Positions 25,801 to 37,740 of a stretch of 64,000 nt of DNA are shown one piece after another (position 1 is the stretch's first letter; every line of letters begins with the position of its first letter). The notes below the pieces were generated by a model. That model had not been told where the DNA came from. It did no database searches and was given only the letters and a program-made list of their open reading frames with translations. Location: contig OZ076411.1 in the NCBI GenBank assembly GCA_964187785.1, positions 56,916,001-56,980,000 of the forward strand. The letters are read 5' to 3'. The translations under genes and the position numbers were made by a program. This DNA comes from Amphiscolops sp. MND2022 (lineage: Eukaryota).

Positions 25801-28800
25801 TCGGCCGTGGATCCGTCTGATGAGGAAGTATCCTCATTTGTGCAAGCAGCTGAAAATTTATTATCAGAGCTATCGAGCTTAAGTCAATCCTCGGATGGAG
25901 TCGATTTGCCAGCGGGTGTTGATGACGTGCTGGCAGAAGGGACAGTCGCAGTTTGCTGCCGGTTTGCTGAACGACTGGATGAGACCAACGTAGAGTCAGC
26001 TGTATCTCTGCTCGGGATAGCGTTATCTAACGAATTCCGTAAGTACTTGTCACTTGTTGTTGATTTTGTTGGTTTCGGTTTTCTCGGGTAGGGTTGTATG
26101 ACACATCAAGGCAATTTAAAGACAATGGAATAACGATAAGGTGTAGGGCGCATACCGTCTCATTGTTTCTTCAGAACTTCCCGGGATCTATTGTCTCGGA
26201 TTCACTGTTAGGGCGTTTTAACGGGTGTGAGCTCGTGTTTTATTTTGGCGTTGATATGTTCTAGAGGAACTGAGTTTGGTGGAGATTGTCAAAGTGCTGC
26301 GTGGCATGTTACGTACTGGTGAGCCATCATCGGGTACTTCTGGTGCCGCTGCAGAGGAGCTCAGACTCGAGAGCAATCTTCAAACTACAACTAGTAAGTA
26401 ATGTGATAAATTAAGAAGGCGTTGTGGTTCCGGTCGGGTTTTGTTGTTCAGTGTGCGGGAGGGTAGGGGTCTTCCATAGGGCGTAGAAATGTGGTTAGGG
26501 TGGCCTCATCCCATTGGTAGTGATTGGTGGCTTCGTTGTTTAGGTGATCCCTCCAGCGAGTCCTTATCCATGGTTACTCTGTCGCATCAATCAATGAGCT
26601 TGAGAAGAAATTGTCGCATGTTGTGAAGGCGACTGTGGAATCGACGCTGGGCCGGCTGGGCACTGTTGGTGCTATGGCTACTGAAGAGTTCGTAGAGCGT
26701 CTGAAGACTGTCGTCGTCAATGCAGCGACTGCAGAGGAGGCGTCTGGGCCGTCGACCAGTGGTGGTACTGGTGGTATCCAAGCCTCGGTAGTTGCTTCAG
26801 TAGTTGCTCCGCTGGTTCAGTTACTGTTCGTGAGGGTGGATCAATTGCGAGCTCCACTATGCCTTCCGCTTTCGGGGATGTCCGTTCTGCGAAGACATCT
26901 GTTGTACCTCAGACTGGTGCTGTGAAACCTGGTAAGAATCTCGTAAGATCACATGACGGGTTTTAGTAATAACGGTTAAAAAAACTATGTTTTATACAAA
27001 GGGTTTTTTTGTGAGTTGTCTTTACACCGAAGAAGGTTCCGTCATCAGCAGCGGTGCAGTAGTATCTATTGCTTTTCAGTTCGGACCCGGAAAATCCAGA
27101 TGCTGAAGCCGTTCTACTTTGTTTCTGGTGTCGTGGGAACTTTCGTGGGTTTTCCCAGGCGGAAGCGTGTCATCGACGGTTATGCCCGTTGTCTGCTGTG
27201 CAGGGCAGACCCGAGCATCGCTGGTCGTGGCTTATCTTCATTGTGGGATCATTGGAAGGGAGTCGAGCACACCAGATTGGAACGAAATAATCGCATCATG
27301 ACCCAAAGGCCACTACTTGATAAGTGTTGTCGAGCTGTAACGGCCGAAGAAGATCAAAGAATCAGGCGTGAACGGATGTCAGAACCAGCGGTTTTCATGG
27401 AATCAGAGTTGAGTCTGACGGTCGAAGAGCGGATTGCCATCGAAGAAGAAGAGGAGGAGGAGAGTCAACGGCCACAGTTGTCCGAAGAAAGTACAAACTA
27501 TTTGTGGTTGTGTCATTTCGTCGTCGCCTTTGCCAATTCAACGTCGTTTGACAGGGTCTTACGTCTCGTGGATGGATGGTGTGCGTGTACATCAGCCGAG
27601 GTGCGATTCGAAAGCAGGACTTTGAATTATCCTCGATGTCAGGTACGTGTTGCTTCTGTTATTGTGTGTATAGGTTTTTCGTCGATGTCGTTGTTATCAG
27701 TGCAGTGCATGGCCTAGTTTTTAAGTGAGGTTGTGCGTGTGTGTGTATGGGTGTGTTTCGGTGTAAATGCTTTGGCGGACTTTGGACTTAAGGTAGTTTT
27801 GTATTTTAGAGTTTGGTGTTGTATGGGTTGTGTCCCTACGTGTTGGACCGACTGGACTCTTTGCTGGAGACTAGTTGCTGTGCTGGTATGAGCCTGTCTC
27901 AGTGTAATGGGCAGTGGCGTGGTGAGTGTCACATCATCAGTGGTCTGCAGGTGAAGACGATTGTGTTGTCAGTTGTGGCTGATACCAGTGGATGGGAAAA
28001 GCACCTAGTAGAAAATATCGTGCCAGTTCTCGCGTGTCTGCAGCAGAGGGCAGAGATCAAAAGTGTTACTGTGGAAGGAGAATTACTGGTTGGGAGATCA
28101 GTTGCTGCTGCTCTTGTGTCTGATTCTCCATTAGTTGTTGGAATGGTCACTTCCAGTACAGTGTTTCAAGAAATTCAACGACAGTTTCTGGCTGAATTCA
28201 GTGGCTTGGACCCTCTAAGTGTGTTACAGTATTTCAAGGTGCGGTTGATGCCAGTAGTGCGTGAACGTTTCATGGACAGATTGCCACACTTGCGTCAGGT
28301 GAGAAAAAAACTTCTTTTTCCGCTTTTTTTTGTTTGTTTTTGCGGTGTGTGTCGTTGGGGAATTTGTAGTCTGTGATGTGGTGACTATGGGGTCATTGTT
28401 ATTGCCGTAGTAGTAAAAGGCACTGTGTGATTTTATAGTACGTACAATCTGGAGGAGACGACGTTAGCCAGTTAGCAAAAGTGTGTGGTGAAGTGGTAGA
28501 ACATTGGAACGAGCTGGCTTTGCATTTTGTGAGCACCCGTCCTGCGATAACGTCAGAACTGATAGTGGTGACACCTCTTGAAAAGCAGGTGTTCGACGAC
28601 GCTATGATTCGACCCCGATTTGCAATCCTCCGACTAGTACTAGATCTGAGTGAGTATACTATGATTGTGTTTGGTCTAGTCAAAAAAAGGGACTGGGGGT
28701 GCTTTTTGGTGTTGTGTTATTGACGCTGTTCGCGGAGTATAACGGTTCATTTCAGGAGTGTTTCGTATGGGTAGACTTGTTTATTGAATTTTGGTTGTGG

Positions 28801-30178
28801 TGTTTTAGTGGCAAAGCACTGTGGACGAATATGTGGAAAAGGTCGCGATCGGAGACTAGTCGTAGAGCGTGAGTTGGCCCAGTTTATTCGCAGTCTGATG
28901 CAGTTCGTCTATCCAGCTAGTAGTATTCCAGCGGAGTACGAAATTGTAACTCTACTGAAAACCTTCGAGTGTGAATGTGCAGATGTCGATGCTAACTTAT
29001 ACCGATTACATTTTGGGCAGTTCTTCCGATTCGATATAAGTTCGCAGTTGCCGTTCTTCTACAAGTCTGTGCAAAAGTTGCTTGTTGCTCTGTGCAGGGG
29101 ACTAACTACAATGTGGCAGCGAGTGTGGCCAAAGTACCTGAGTTTGACGCCGTTCGACCCTACTCTTATCCACAGAGGATCGGATGACCGACGCGTTGAT
29201 GCGTTAGTTGAGACGTGTGCTGTCTTTACCAGTCATGGATTGTTGTATATGGGCAGTGGAGGTACAGTTCAACAGCAATATCTTGATGTCACCCAGTATT
29301 TTAAACGAAAGTGGATTGTTCAGCAGGATGAAGTGCCTGTAGTTGAAGACATAATTTCGATGTGGCTGTCATACCCTCATTGGGATCGATGCGGTCAATT
29401 GAGGCAAGTGCTGGACTTGGTTGTCGTCATTACTGTTAGCGGTACGCATGAGACTAACTTCGATGATGAAGCTCCTACCGCATTGGATGTAGATACCTTG
29501 TCATCTAGTCTACACTTAGTGAGGAGTTGGAGTTGGTTTACACACTCGTTTGTGGGACAAACACGCAAGAACTTACGAGGACTGTTACGCCTTTCGGAGT
29601 CGACTGATATGCTCGTGTCGAGGTTGTCCGACGGAGTGCGCGGAAAGCCCTGGGATCAACTGCTGAAGATAGGGCTCGATCATACTTTGGCGCGTTGTGT
29701 CAGCAGTTTGACAAATGACCTTAGTTCTCCTGTTGTGCCTATGGTTGACGATTACAGGTCCGCAGTGTTGGCGCAGCTAAATGTTATGGAAGTTATCGCA
29801 ACTAGCCCTGTCCGTATTTCAAGTAGTCCGAGAATGAAGGGATCAGCTGGTCCTTCCAAGAGAAAAGGAGCGCGTGTACAAGCTGCTGTGCAGATAACTA
29901 CTGGAACGAGTGAAGTCGGCACCAGCGGGAAAACGGTTAAGAAAGTTGTGCGTCGTTCTGGCGCGAAAGGAAGAGGTCACGGTTCTAGTACTCGCGGGCA
30001 GCGTGGAAGAAGGACAGGAGGGAAACCGTGTAGTTCTAAGACTTTAGTCTTGTCTAGTTGTGCTAGTAGTCCAACAGCTCAGCTCATGGACAGAAGAAAT
30101 CAACCACTAAAAGGAGGGCGAAATGGACGATTGCCGAATCATCAGATGAATTCTAGCGCTCATTGTTTTTGTTCTTGA
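25798..30178 (+). CDS. Antisense, intron-containing cargo gene of element A; hAT-transposase-like protein with BED-type zinc finger, catalytic residues not evident
   Basis: Phase-compatible GT-AG introns 26932-27079, 27643-27809, 28299-28438 and 28650-28808 join 26859-26931, 27080-27642, 27810-28298, 28439-28649 and 28809-30178 into 902 codons with no internal stop. More upstream exons have GTAAGT donors at 26039 and 26394, with apparent frameshifts. Confidence 0.75.
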
Positions 30179-31654
30179 TGACTTGTAAACTTTTTCTTTG
30201 CTATGGACTTGTTTTTTGTTTCTCATTTCGTTGATTCTTGGTTCATGCTGCATACCCGTTGTGTTGTTTGTTGTAGTATTCAGTTATTGTTGGTACATGA
30301 CCTTTATTTTTTTGTTTTGCTTTTGGCATCGTTACCAATCTGGAATTTACATGTTGCCTACGTTATACAAATTTTTTACATGTGGATTTTGTTAGCTGGT
30401 TTCAATTTGTCAGGAAGCTGAGTAGAGGTGTTTTTTGTTCCAGTGAGATTGCATGGTGGTTACTCACGTAGCCACCAATTAAGACAGAGTTTCATTCACG
30501 GAGGTTTACCCACAGGTCTCGGAAAGTGGTATTGACGCCCTGTGGTTACACCAAGGTGAATGAACGGAGCTGCACCGCTCCTTACCAATGATCGAACTAA
30601 TGTCTTGCATGCTATATATACTCTAAGTGCGTGTGTTTTAACTGGTGTTTAATAACGTAGGTGTCTTTCTAAGGTGTCACTCGTTTTGCATTTTACATGT
30701 ATTATTTTAGTTGTCAAGTTGAGCGTTAGCTCTGACGTCGTCAACGCTGATGTGTGTCATGAGACGTCATCACTTGTGACGTGTGTCAAATGTTAACGTC
30801 ATATTAATGGAAAATGGGTTTTCCCATGTCCATTACATTTTTTGGCAAGGGACGGTGTGATCCATCCCTTGTTCCGAACTTCGGTTATGTGGTGATAGTG
30901 ACTACTTGTATATTATACCGTTGTTCTTTCTGACACGAGGCGAAGCCTACGAATCACCAGTAAGAACAACAGCGTCACAACTTAAAGTCTAACGAGGGTG
31001 ACGACTGCATGTTACTGTCCAGGGAAAGTGTTTTTGTTTTCGTTGATTGGGAAGGTTTTTGCCGTCGCAAAAACCCATACAAAACTAACACCGAATCCAC
31101 TTGCTAAAGAGCAAGCTTCATCTGAATGTTTGCACAACCACACAGACGCGCTTTTGATGACGCACCCATACAGCCGAACCACATCATGGTTTGTCAGGGC
31201 GGAAGTGTGAGTCTAGGTTCTGGCAACGTAACTTAAATGAGTCAGCGTCTTCTTTTATATTCTCAACTCTGGACTGTGACGCGTTTGAAAACAGTTTAGT
31301 TTAGTCGATTCAGGGTTGGTGGGCGTAGAATTGCAAAGCAATTCCTTTGAATTTGTGTGGTTGAAATTTTTTGAGAATTGCTTAAATTAGTAGCTCAATT
31401 GCATGTGTTTTACATGTACTTAACAATCTCCGGTTAAAGTGATGTGGTGTATATGACTACATTACATGTGTTTACTTTCGCGCTCAGCTGATTCGGTAGA
31501 GAGTAACGCTTTACTCTGCCGGTAAATTAATTGTTGAGGACAGTGAGTATCAGTCGTCACTGAATGGTGGAAAGTAATTAGAAGAATTCGATGGTATGAT
31601 AGTTGCATGTGGTGGATTAGACTACATTGGTTTGAATGCATGTATGTATTTTTT

Positions 31655-34600
31655 CTATTGGGTTGCAGATTTGCGTTGCATGAATTTTAAGAGTGCGGGT
31701 TTCGCTTGCAGTTCATGAACAAGAAAGTTATCAAACGTTTTAGGCACGGGTGCCTCGCGAAGGCTGTATCGAGTAATATTGTTTCGTGTGATTGGCAGGG
31801 ATGTTTCGGCAGATGATGTGGTCGATGCCTCATCATTATTTGGTTGGATACGTTGTTCAGGCTCGTGATCAGGGGACGGTATGTCTATTTCATCAGATTG
31901 ATTTTCAGCTACAGATTGGTGCGTACGGTCAGTGTGAATGGTCTCAGGTAGAGGGTTTTGCGGAGGTGATACCTCGTGAACCCTTTTGTGTTCGTAATAG
32001 ATTGTTCCATGCTCGGAGTCGATTGTGTCGGTTTCGTTTGTGTCTAGTTCCACTGTGTTTTCAGCCGACGGTGGCGTTTCGGGTGCAGGCAGACTATCGT
32101 TGAATATTGACTGATCGTCAATTGCGTCGGGGTCACTATAGGGGATGCATCGTCGTGTAAATCCTCGATCGGATCATGTGGTACGAATGGGCGGAGCCGC
32201 ATCCTATGTACACACTGCGTTCAGAATGTACCGACTTTTCTGACAATATAATTCGATTGTGTCAAGACTTTGACAACTTTGTAAGGCCCTTCCCATTTGA
32301 ATTAAGGGGTTCAGTAAAAAGACAAAGTCGTTTACTTTTAAGGGTGACGCTTGCGCTTTCCTGTCATAGTACGCCTTGTACTTATGGAAAGCACGGATTA
32401 TGTTGGCATGGGTTTCTTTAAATTTGGTGTTCAGATTGTCCACTAACGACTGTGTATCGGTGGCATTTCTTGGTGGGCTGAGGGGGTTGCCAAATTTTAG
32501 GTCCAGTGCGTTGTACGGTACACGGCCGTGGAAGACCTCAGTCGGTGAACATTTCAGAGTTTGATGGTAAGTTGTATTGTGTGCCATCACAGCGAGATTG
32601 ATGTATCGGTCCCATTGTGGGCGGTCTACAAAGACGTTTATTTTCAGGATCTGTTTCAGGCGTTGATGTGATCTCTCGATCATCCCAATAGTTTGGGCGT
32701 GTTTAATCGTTGCGTGAGAGACTTTGATTCCAGCTTTGTTCATCAGTTCAGTTATGACTTGTGACGTGAAGACAGAACCTTTGTCAGTGATAATGTGCTT
32801 CGGTACGTATGCGTGTTTTGTGAAAATGTCTAGCAGAGCATCGACGATGGGCTTCGTGTCAGGTTTGCGGATCGGGATCGCAAACAGGTAACGCGAAAAA
32901 TAATCACATGCCGTCAGAATGTGTGAGTACCCATTAGATCGCGGTAACTCACCTACGAGATCAATTTCGAGAACATCTTCAGGACCATTGCAGGGGTCAT
33001 AAATTGGTTCGAGTGGAGGTATCAGTGTGTTCGGTCTTGCAGGTTTCGCTTTAATACATTCTTGGCAGTTGTTAACAAATATTTAGACTTTTTCGGTTAG
33101 GTTTGAGATGTAGTACCTTTTTCTTAGTTCAATTAGCATTTTGGAAGCGCCAGGGTGTCCCTGCATGGGGTCGCCATGCATCGTCCTGATTATGGCTTCC
33201 GTAGATTCTGGAGGAACTACAATTTGTTGGTAAGCTAGGTTTCCTACATTGTCAAAAAACTGCCTGTACAACACGTTGTTGACTACTTCAAGTCTTTTAC
33301 GGTTTTTGAAAAGTTTCTGAAAAAAGGTACTTGCAAAGTTAACTTGGTTTGGAGGGAATTCTTGCGCAGTAAGCATCCTAATTACCCGTTGAACGTCACT
33401 GTTTTCGCCTTGAGCCTTAACAATTACTGAATCTCCTGAAGGGCATACCTGATTTACCATGTGAACCTGGTTCCGTTGGTAGAATCGAGTGAAGAAGAGT
33501 GTTGGGTCGGAGGGCGTTACAAATGGTTGAACCTGGGTTTTGATGTCATCGATGCGTCTACGGTATTGTTCGTCGTCTTCGTGACACCATTCAGGGAACA
33601 TCGCCAGGAGTGACTGCATTGTCGGGTTTGGTGATGTTGTAGCGTCAGGCACATACACCTCTTCTGGGATGTATTCTTCCTCTTCGTCATCCTGCTTAGG
33701 TGTTTTTGAAGCCAGATCAATTTCGACTTTGAAGACTGGTATCTCATCATGTAGTTTGAGGTGGATCCTGTCCTTCGGGTGGATGTCGATTCTAGACAGG
33801 TAGTCAGCAGCTGGATTTTCGATACCAGGTACATGGGCCAGGACGAAGTCGAATTGGAGGGCTTGGTCGCAGTAGTTCCACAATTTTGGTGGTATTCGTT
33901 TAGACTGGAAGAATTTGGTGAGTGCCTTTGTTATCAGTCATAACAATCGTTGGTTTCTTCACTCCCCACAGGATGTGGGCGAACTCGTCGAATGCGAAGT
34001 GCATGGCTAGGAACTCCTTCGCGTACATTGTAAGTGACATCTGGCCCTCGGTGAACCTTTGAGATCCAAAGGCTACTGGCGCTTATGACTTCGTCGGTCC
34101 ATCATTGGTTTCGGTGTAGTCTTCTATCAGGAGAACATAGCCGGCTGCGTGTTCGCTAGCATCACACATTATCACTAGCTGTTTGTCAGGAAGTGGTAAT
34201 CTCAGTGACATCTTGGCAGCGTTTGCTAAGTTCTCATTGATGTCAAAGATCGCATCCTTGTGTATCTGGGTGAGTTCGTACTTGAAATCCTTCTGCAACA
34301 ACTTGTATAGAGGAACCAGTTTCTCAGCTAGTCTCGGGATGTACTGGCAATAGAACTGTACGAATCCAATATACCGTTGTCGTGACTTCACGGATGTTGG
34401 CAGTTTGATGTTCTTCAGGAATTGGTCGATTTTGTCTTCGATTGGAGCGATGCCTTTGGTAGTGATGCTTCTGCCACGGAATTCGATTTCGGGGTGACCA
34501 AAGGCACACTTCGCCATTGACAGTTTCAGACCGGCCTGTCTGATTTTGGTGAATACTGCTTCAATGTTGTTGACCAGCTCTTCGGCAGTGTTGGCGACAA

Positions 34601-36355
34601 TGCCGATATCGTCAGCGTATTGGGCGCATTTGTCTGCCTTGACCAAGGGTCCAAGTACTCACGAACTGTACTGTTAAAGGCTGACAGGGACCGGTTTAGA
34701 CCCTGGGCTAGTCTGAGGAAGGCGAAGGTCCTACCTCCGAAGATGAACGCGAGCAACTGGACTGACTGTTCGTCCGCCATCTGGGGGCAATGGTATGCTT
34801 GCGAACAGTCCAATTTGCAAAAATAACGTTTGCCAGCCATGTGTTGCGCTGCATCGGCCATCGTTGTCACAGGGTGGCTGTGCTGGTTGTAATCATTCTT
34901 CAGTAGATGATTAATTCTTCTAAGATCGACAAGGATTCTGAGTTTCCCGTTTGGCTTGCGTTGTGCGAAGATGGGCGAAGAGTATTTGCTATACGGTAAT
35001 GTAGTGATGATACCGTACTCTTGCATCAGTGCCAATTCTACCAATAAATCGTCCTTCGAATTTGTTGGTGTGGGCAAGATTTGGGCGTAGACTGGATCGT
35101 CGTGTTTGGGAGTCAACTTGATTTTGAATTCAGTGTTGATCCCAATGTCCAGTCTGTGTCTCGCGAAGATGTCGTGGTACTTGACCAATAATGCCTCAAT
35201 CTCTTGCTTCTCATGAGGGTTCAGGATTGATTGTTCCCATCTGAAGTTCGCCAGGAATTCTTGTCGTTGTTCTTCACTCGAAGTTGGGTCCAGTTTTTCG
35301 TCCGTTCTGAGCTTGACGATCTCGTCGTAGATTCGTCTTTCAATCTTGTTTAGCTTCGACGGGTCGTCGCATGTCTCAGGGGTAGGGTACCATCTCCTAT
35401 CAGTTTTCTCGTTTGGGTCCTGAAAGATGTGGTTCAAAACTGCAGTAGCTTCGTCTGGGTATTGTGTGATCAGGTTGAGTTTGACATTTGTCACCGGTTG
35501 CAAGTTGTTCGCTTGTTTTGGAGTCATAATCTTGAATGACGCCACTGCTGTCCCCACATTGATCGTGATCTGGTAATCTAGTGTGTTGGTGATCTGCACG
35601 TGGGTGCGGCCCTCCCGGGTCTCGCTGAGAGCCGGAGATATCAGGAGGTGAGTACGTCGTTCGAAGGCGGGCAGTCCTTCTACGGAGCCAGTGATGTCCC
35701 CCAGATCACGTTCAATCACCACTGGGACGAATACTTGTTGGTTAGGCTGGATCACCATTTTCTGAGTTGTTCTCAGCTCAAGTAGCTTGTTTTTGAATTT
35801 CCCGTTGACTGAGCGTAGTTGGAGGGTGATGTCGGGAAATTTCATTATGTTGTTTGCTAAGTCGAGGGTGACTGAGTATTTCTTGAAGAATGACATTCCG
35901 ATGAGAACATTTCCCATCATCGGGAGATCCATGAATGTTTCTTCGAAGACTTTGCCGCCAATGAAGAAACGCAGTAAAACCTGCTTTCTGACGGGGACGA
36001 TGCTACCGTTGGCGATCTGGACTTTGAACTCTGGTGCGGGGAGTTCTTGGAGCAGGGCGGCTGGGTGTGCTGAGAGAATCCGCCGGAGTTCTGCTTCTGA
36101 CAGTGCGCTCTGGATCGCGCCAGTGTCGAGGAGACCAAAATTTTTATAAGCACGGAATTGGAGGGGTACATACAGCATTTTATCTTTTCTGTTGAGTTGC
36201 AATGTAGCACTCAACTGACGGATTTCGTATTGTGGTCTCTTCCTTGGGTTGTGAGTTTTTGAGGACGTAGTTTGTTTGTCATCATTTGGCCGTTTAGGTG
36301 GCGTGTCGTCTTGCCGTATTGGTTGTACGTTGTTTGCTTCGGTACTTCGGTTCAT
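31655..36355 (-). pseudogene. pol: pol (protease-RT-RNase H-integrase), disrupted
   Basis: LLDTGA (protease); LVDLRRIN, KLDCSQAY, YADD (RT); CDASEHAAG, NPAADYLSR (RNase H); GHPGASK, CQEC, GMIERSH (integrase). Stops at 34083 and 33083; frameshifts near 34646, ~33900, ~32270 and ~32140. Confidence 0.95.
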
Positions 36356-36552
36356 CTCTTTTGGTTTGATTTTGTAGTTGTCAGTGGAATGTCTTGTAAT
36401 GACGAAGTTTGTAGTCTCTTTAGTATAGGTTGAAGGACGGGACTGCCACCCCGTGTAGTTTCCAGTATGTAGTCGAGTCTGAGGAGTAGTTTGTTGTTGT
36501 TGGTTTAGTAGCGCACTTTTGTAGGTTCGAGGAGGATGACGTGGCTTTAGAA

Positions 36553-36559
36553 GTTTTTT
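36553..36559 (-). promoter_or_regulatory. -1 ribosomal frameshift slippery heptamer A_AAA_AAC (gag-pol)
   Basis: CCA AAA AAC TTC TAA ends gag. The -1 frame is open from here to the pol ATG at 36355 (checked codon by codon). Confidence 0.75.
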
Positions 36560-37727
36560 GGGTCTTCTACGTCATCGTGTTGTTCTATTTCATCATTGTC
36601 GTTGATGTTTTCCTCGCCAGTGTGGGACAGCTCATTGGTGGTGTATATTCTCTGGTTGTTCTGTCTAAAGTCCCTTCGGAATTGTTTGTTTTCTTCTGTT
36701 GATTGTTTGGTGTACGGAACGCTTCTGTATGCTGAGGTGGTCGAGTTCCTGTGGTAACAGTCTCGGGCAGAGTGTCGCACCTTTCCGCAGATTTGGCACA
36801 CGAGTTTTGAGTTGAACTTGGATCGATTGTCTGGGTTCTGCGTAGCCGGGTTTGGTTGCTGGGTATTTTGGTTGGCGGTTTTGGCTTGCGCTTCTTCTCG
36901 CAGCCGTTTTCTGCATTCCGCCCACTTGTGTCCATGTATGCCGCAATGACGGCATTGCCCGTCGAATTTTCTCTTCGTCTCTCGGATTTGTTGAGGTTGG
37001 GCTGTTGATGTCGGAGGAGTGGCTGCAATGGGTTGTGGTGCGCTTATCTGATTGAATGGTTGCGCACTGGTTGTGTTTGGGATGAGCTGGGCATATTGAC
37101 ATCTTCGTTGTACAAATGTCCGGATCTCTTCCATCGATGCGTCGTGTTTTCCTGCCATGGCCAGTTCGTTTTGCATTTGGACGAGTAGCTTGGCGAACAG
37201 AAAGGTGTCGGTTATGTCACTGGATTTGTCTCCAAATGCTTGTTTCGCCACCTTTTTGAACTTGTTGAGGAAGTCATCAAAGGTCTAGGTTGAAGGGTCG
37301 TAGCGCATCTGGTCAAACTTGTATTTGGCTACTTCTTTCAAGTCTTCTTTTGCGTATTCCTTCTTGAAGTAACGCAAGACTTGGGCCAATGTCGTCTGGT
37401 TCGTCATCTTCAGTGATTGCCAAAGTTCAATGGCGTCGTCACGCAGCAGACTTTGGAAGTATGTCAGTTTCTGTTCTTCTGACAGTTTTTGCTGGTGTGG
37501 CCGAAGATGATTGAGCAGTAGATGCTCAAACTCATTATATTTTTCCCGATTTCCTCTGAATAGTGGGACTTGGGTTTGAAGGATTTTCGGATGTTGTACT
37601 GTGTCCGTCATAGTGTCCCCTAGGTGGTGGATTTCAGTGGACAATATAATCGAACTGGTGGGCGGGTGGTGGAGGGTATTGTGAAGTAGATTGTCGTGGT
37701 GGGTTCGGCAGAGGGTTAGTTTTTGAA

Positions 37728-37740
37728 ACTCCTGTCACCA
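37728..37740 (-). promoter_or_regulatory. Primer binding site TGGTGACAGGAGT (tRNA-Leu-like)
   Basis: Directly abuts the 5' LTR end. One mismatch to TGGTGTCAGGAGT, recalled as the complement of the tRNA-Leu(CAG) 3' end. Confidence 0.7.

Noticed and set aside
27730-27760. TG-rich microsatellite-like tract
   Set aside because: Short, imperfect and intronic; ordinary.
28481-28783. Alternative splice using the acceptor at 28755, or read-through of ORF 28481-28723
   Set aside because: It leads to early stops. The 28650-28808 intron keeps the frame and fits the hAT-like alignment better.
31792-37102. Many 60-147 aa ORFs overlapping gag/pol on other frames or strands (also in the duplicate)
   Set aside because: Shadow ORFs of the retroelement coding sequence, with no independent motifs.
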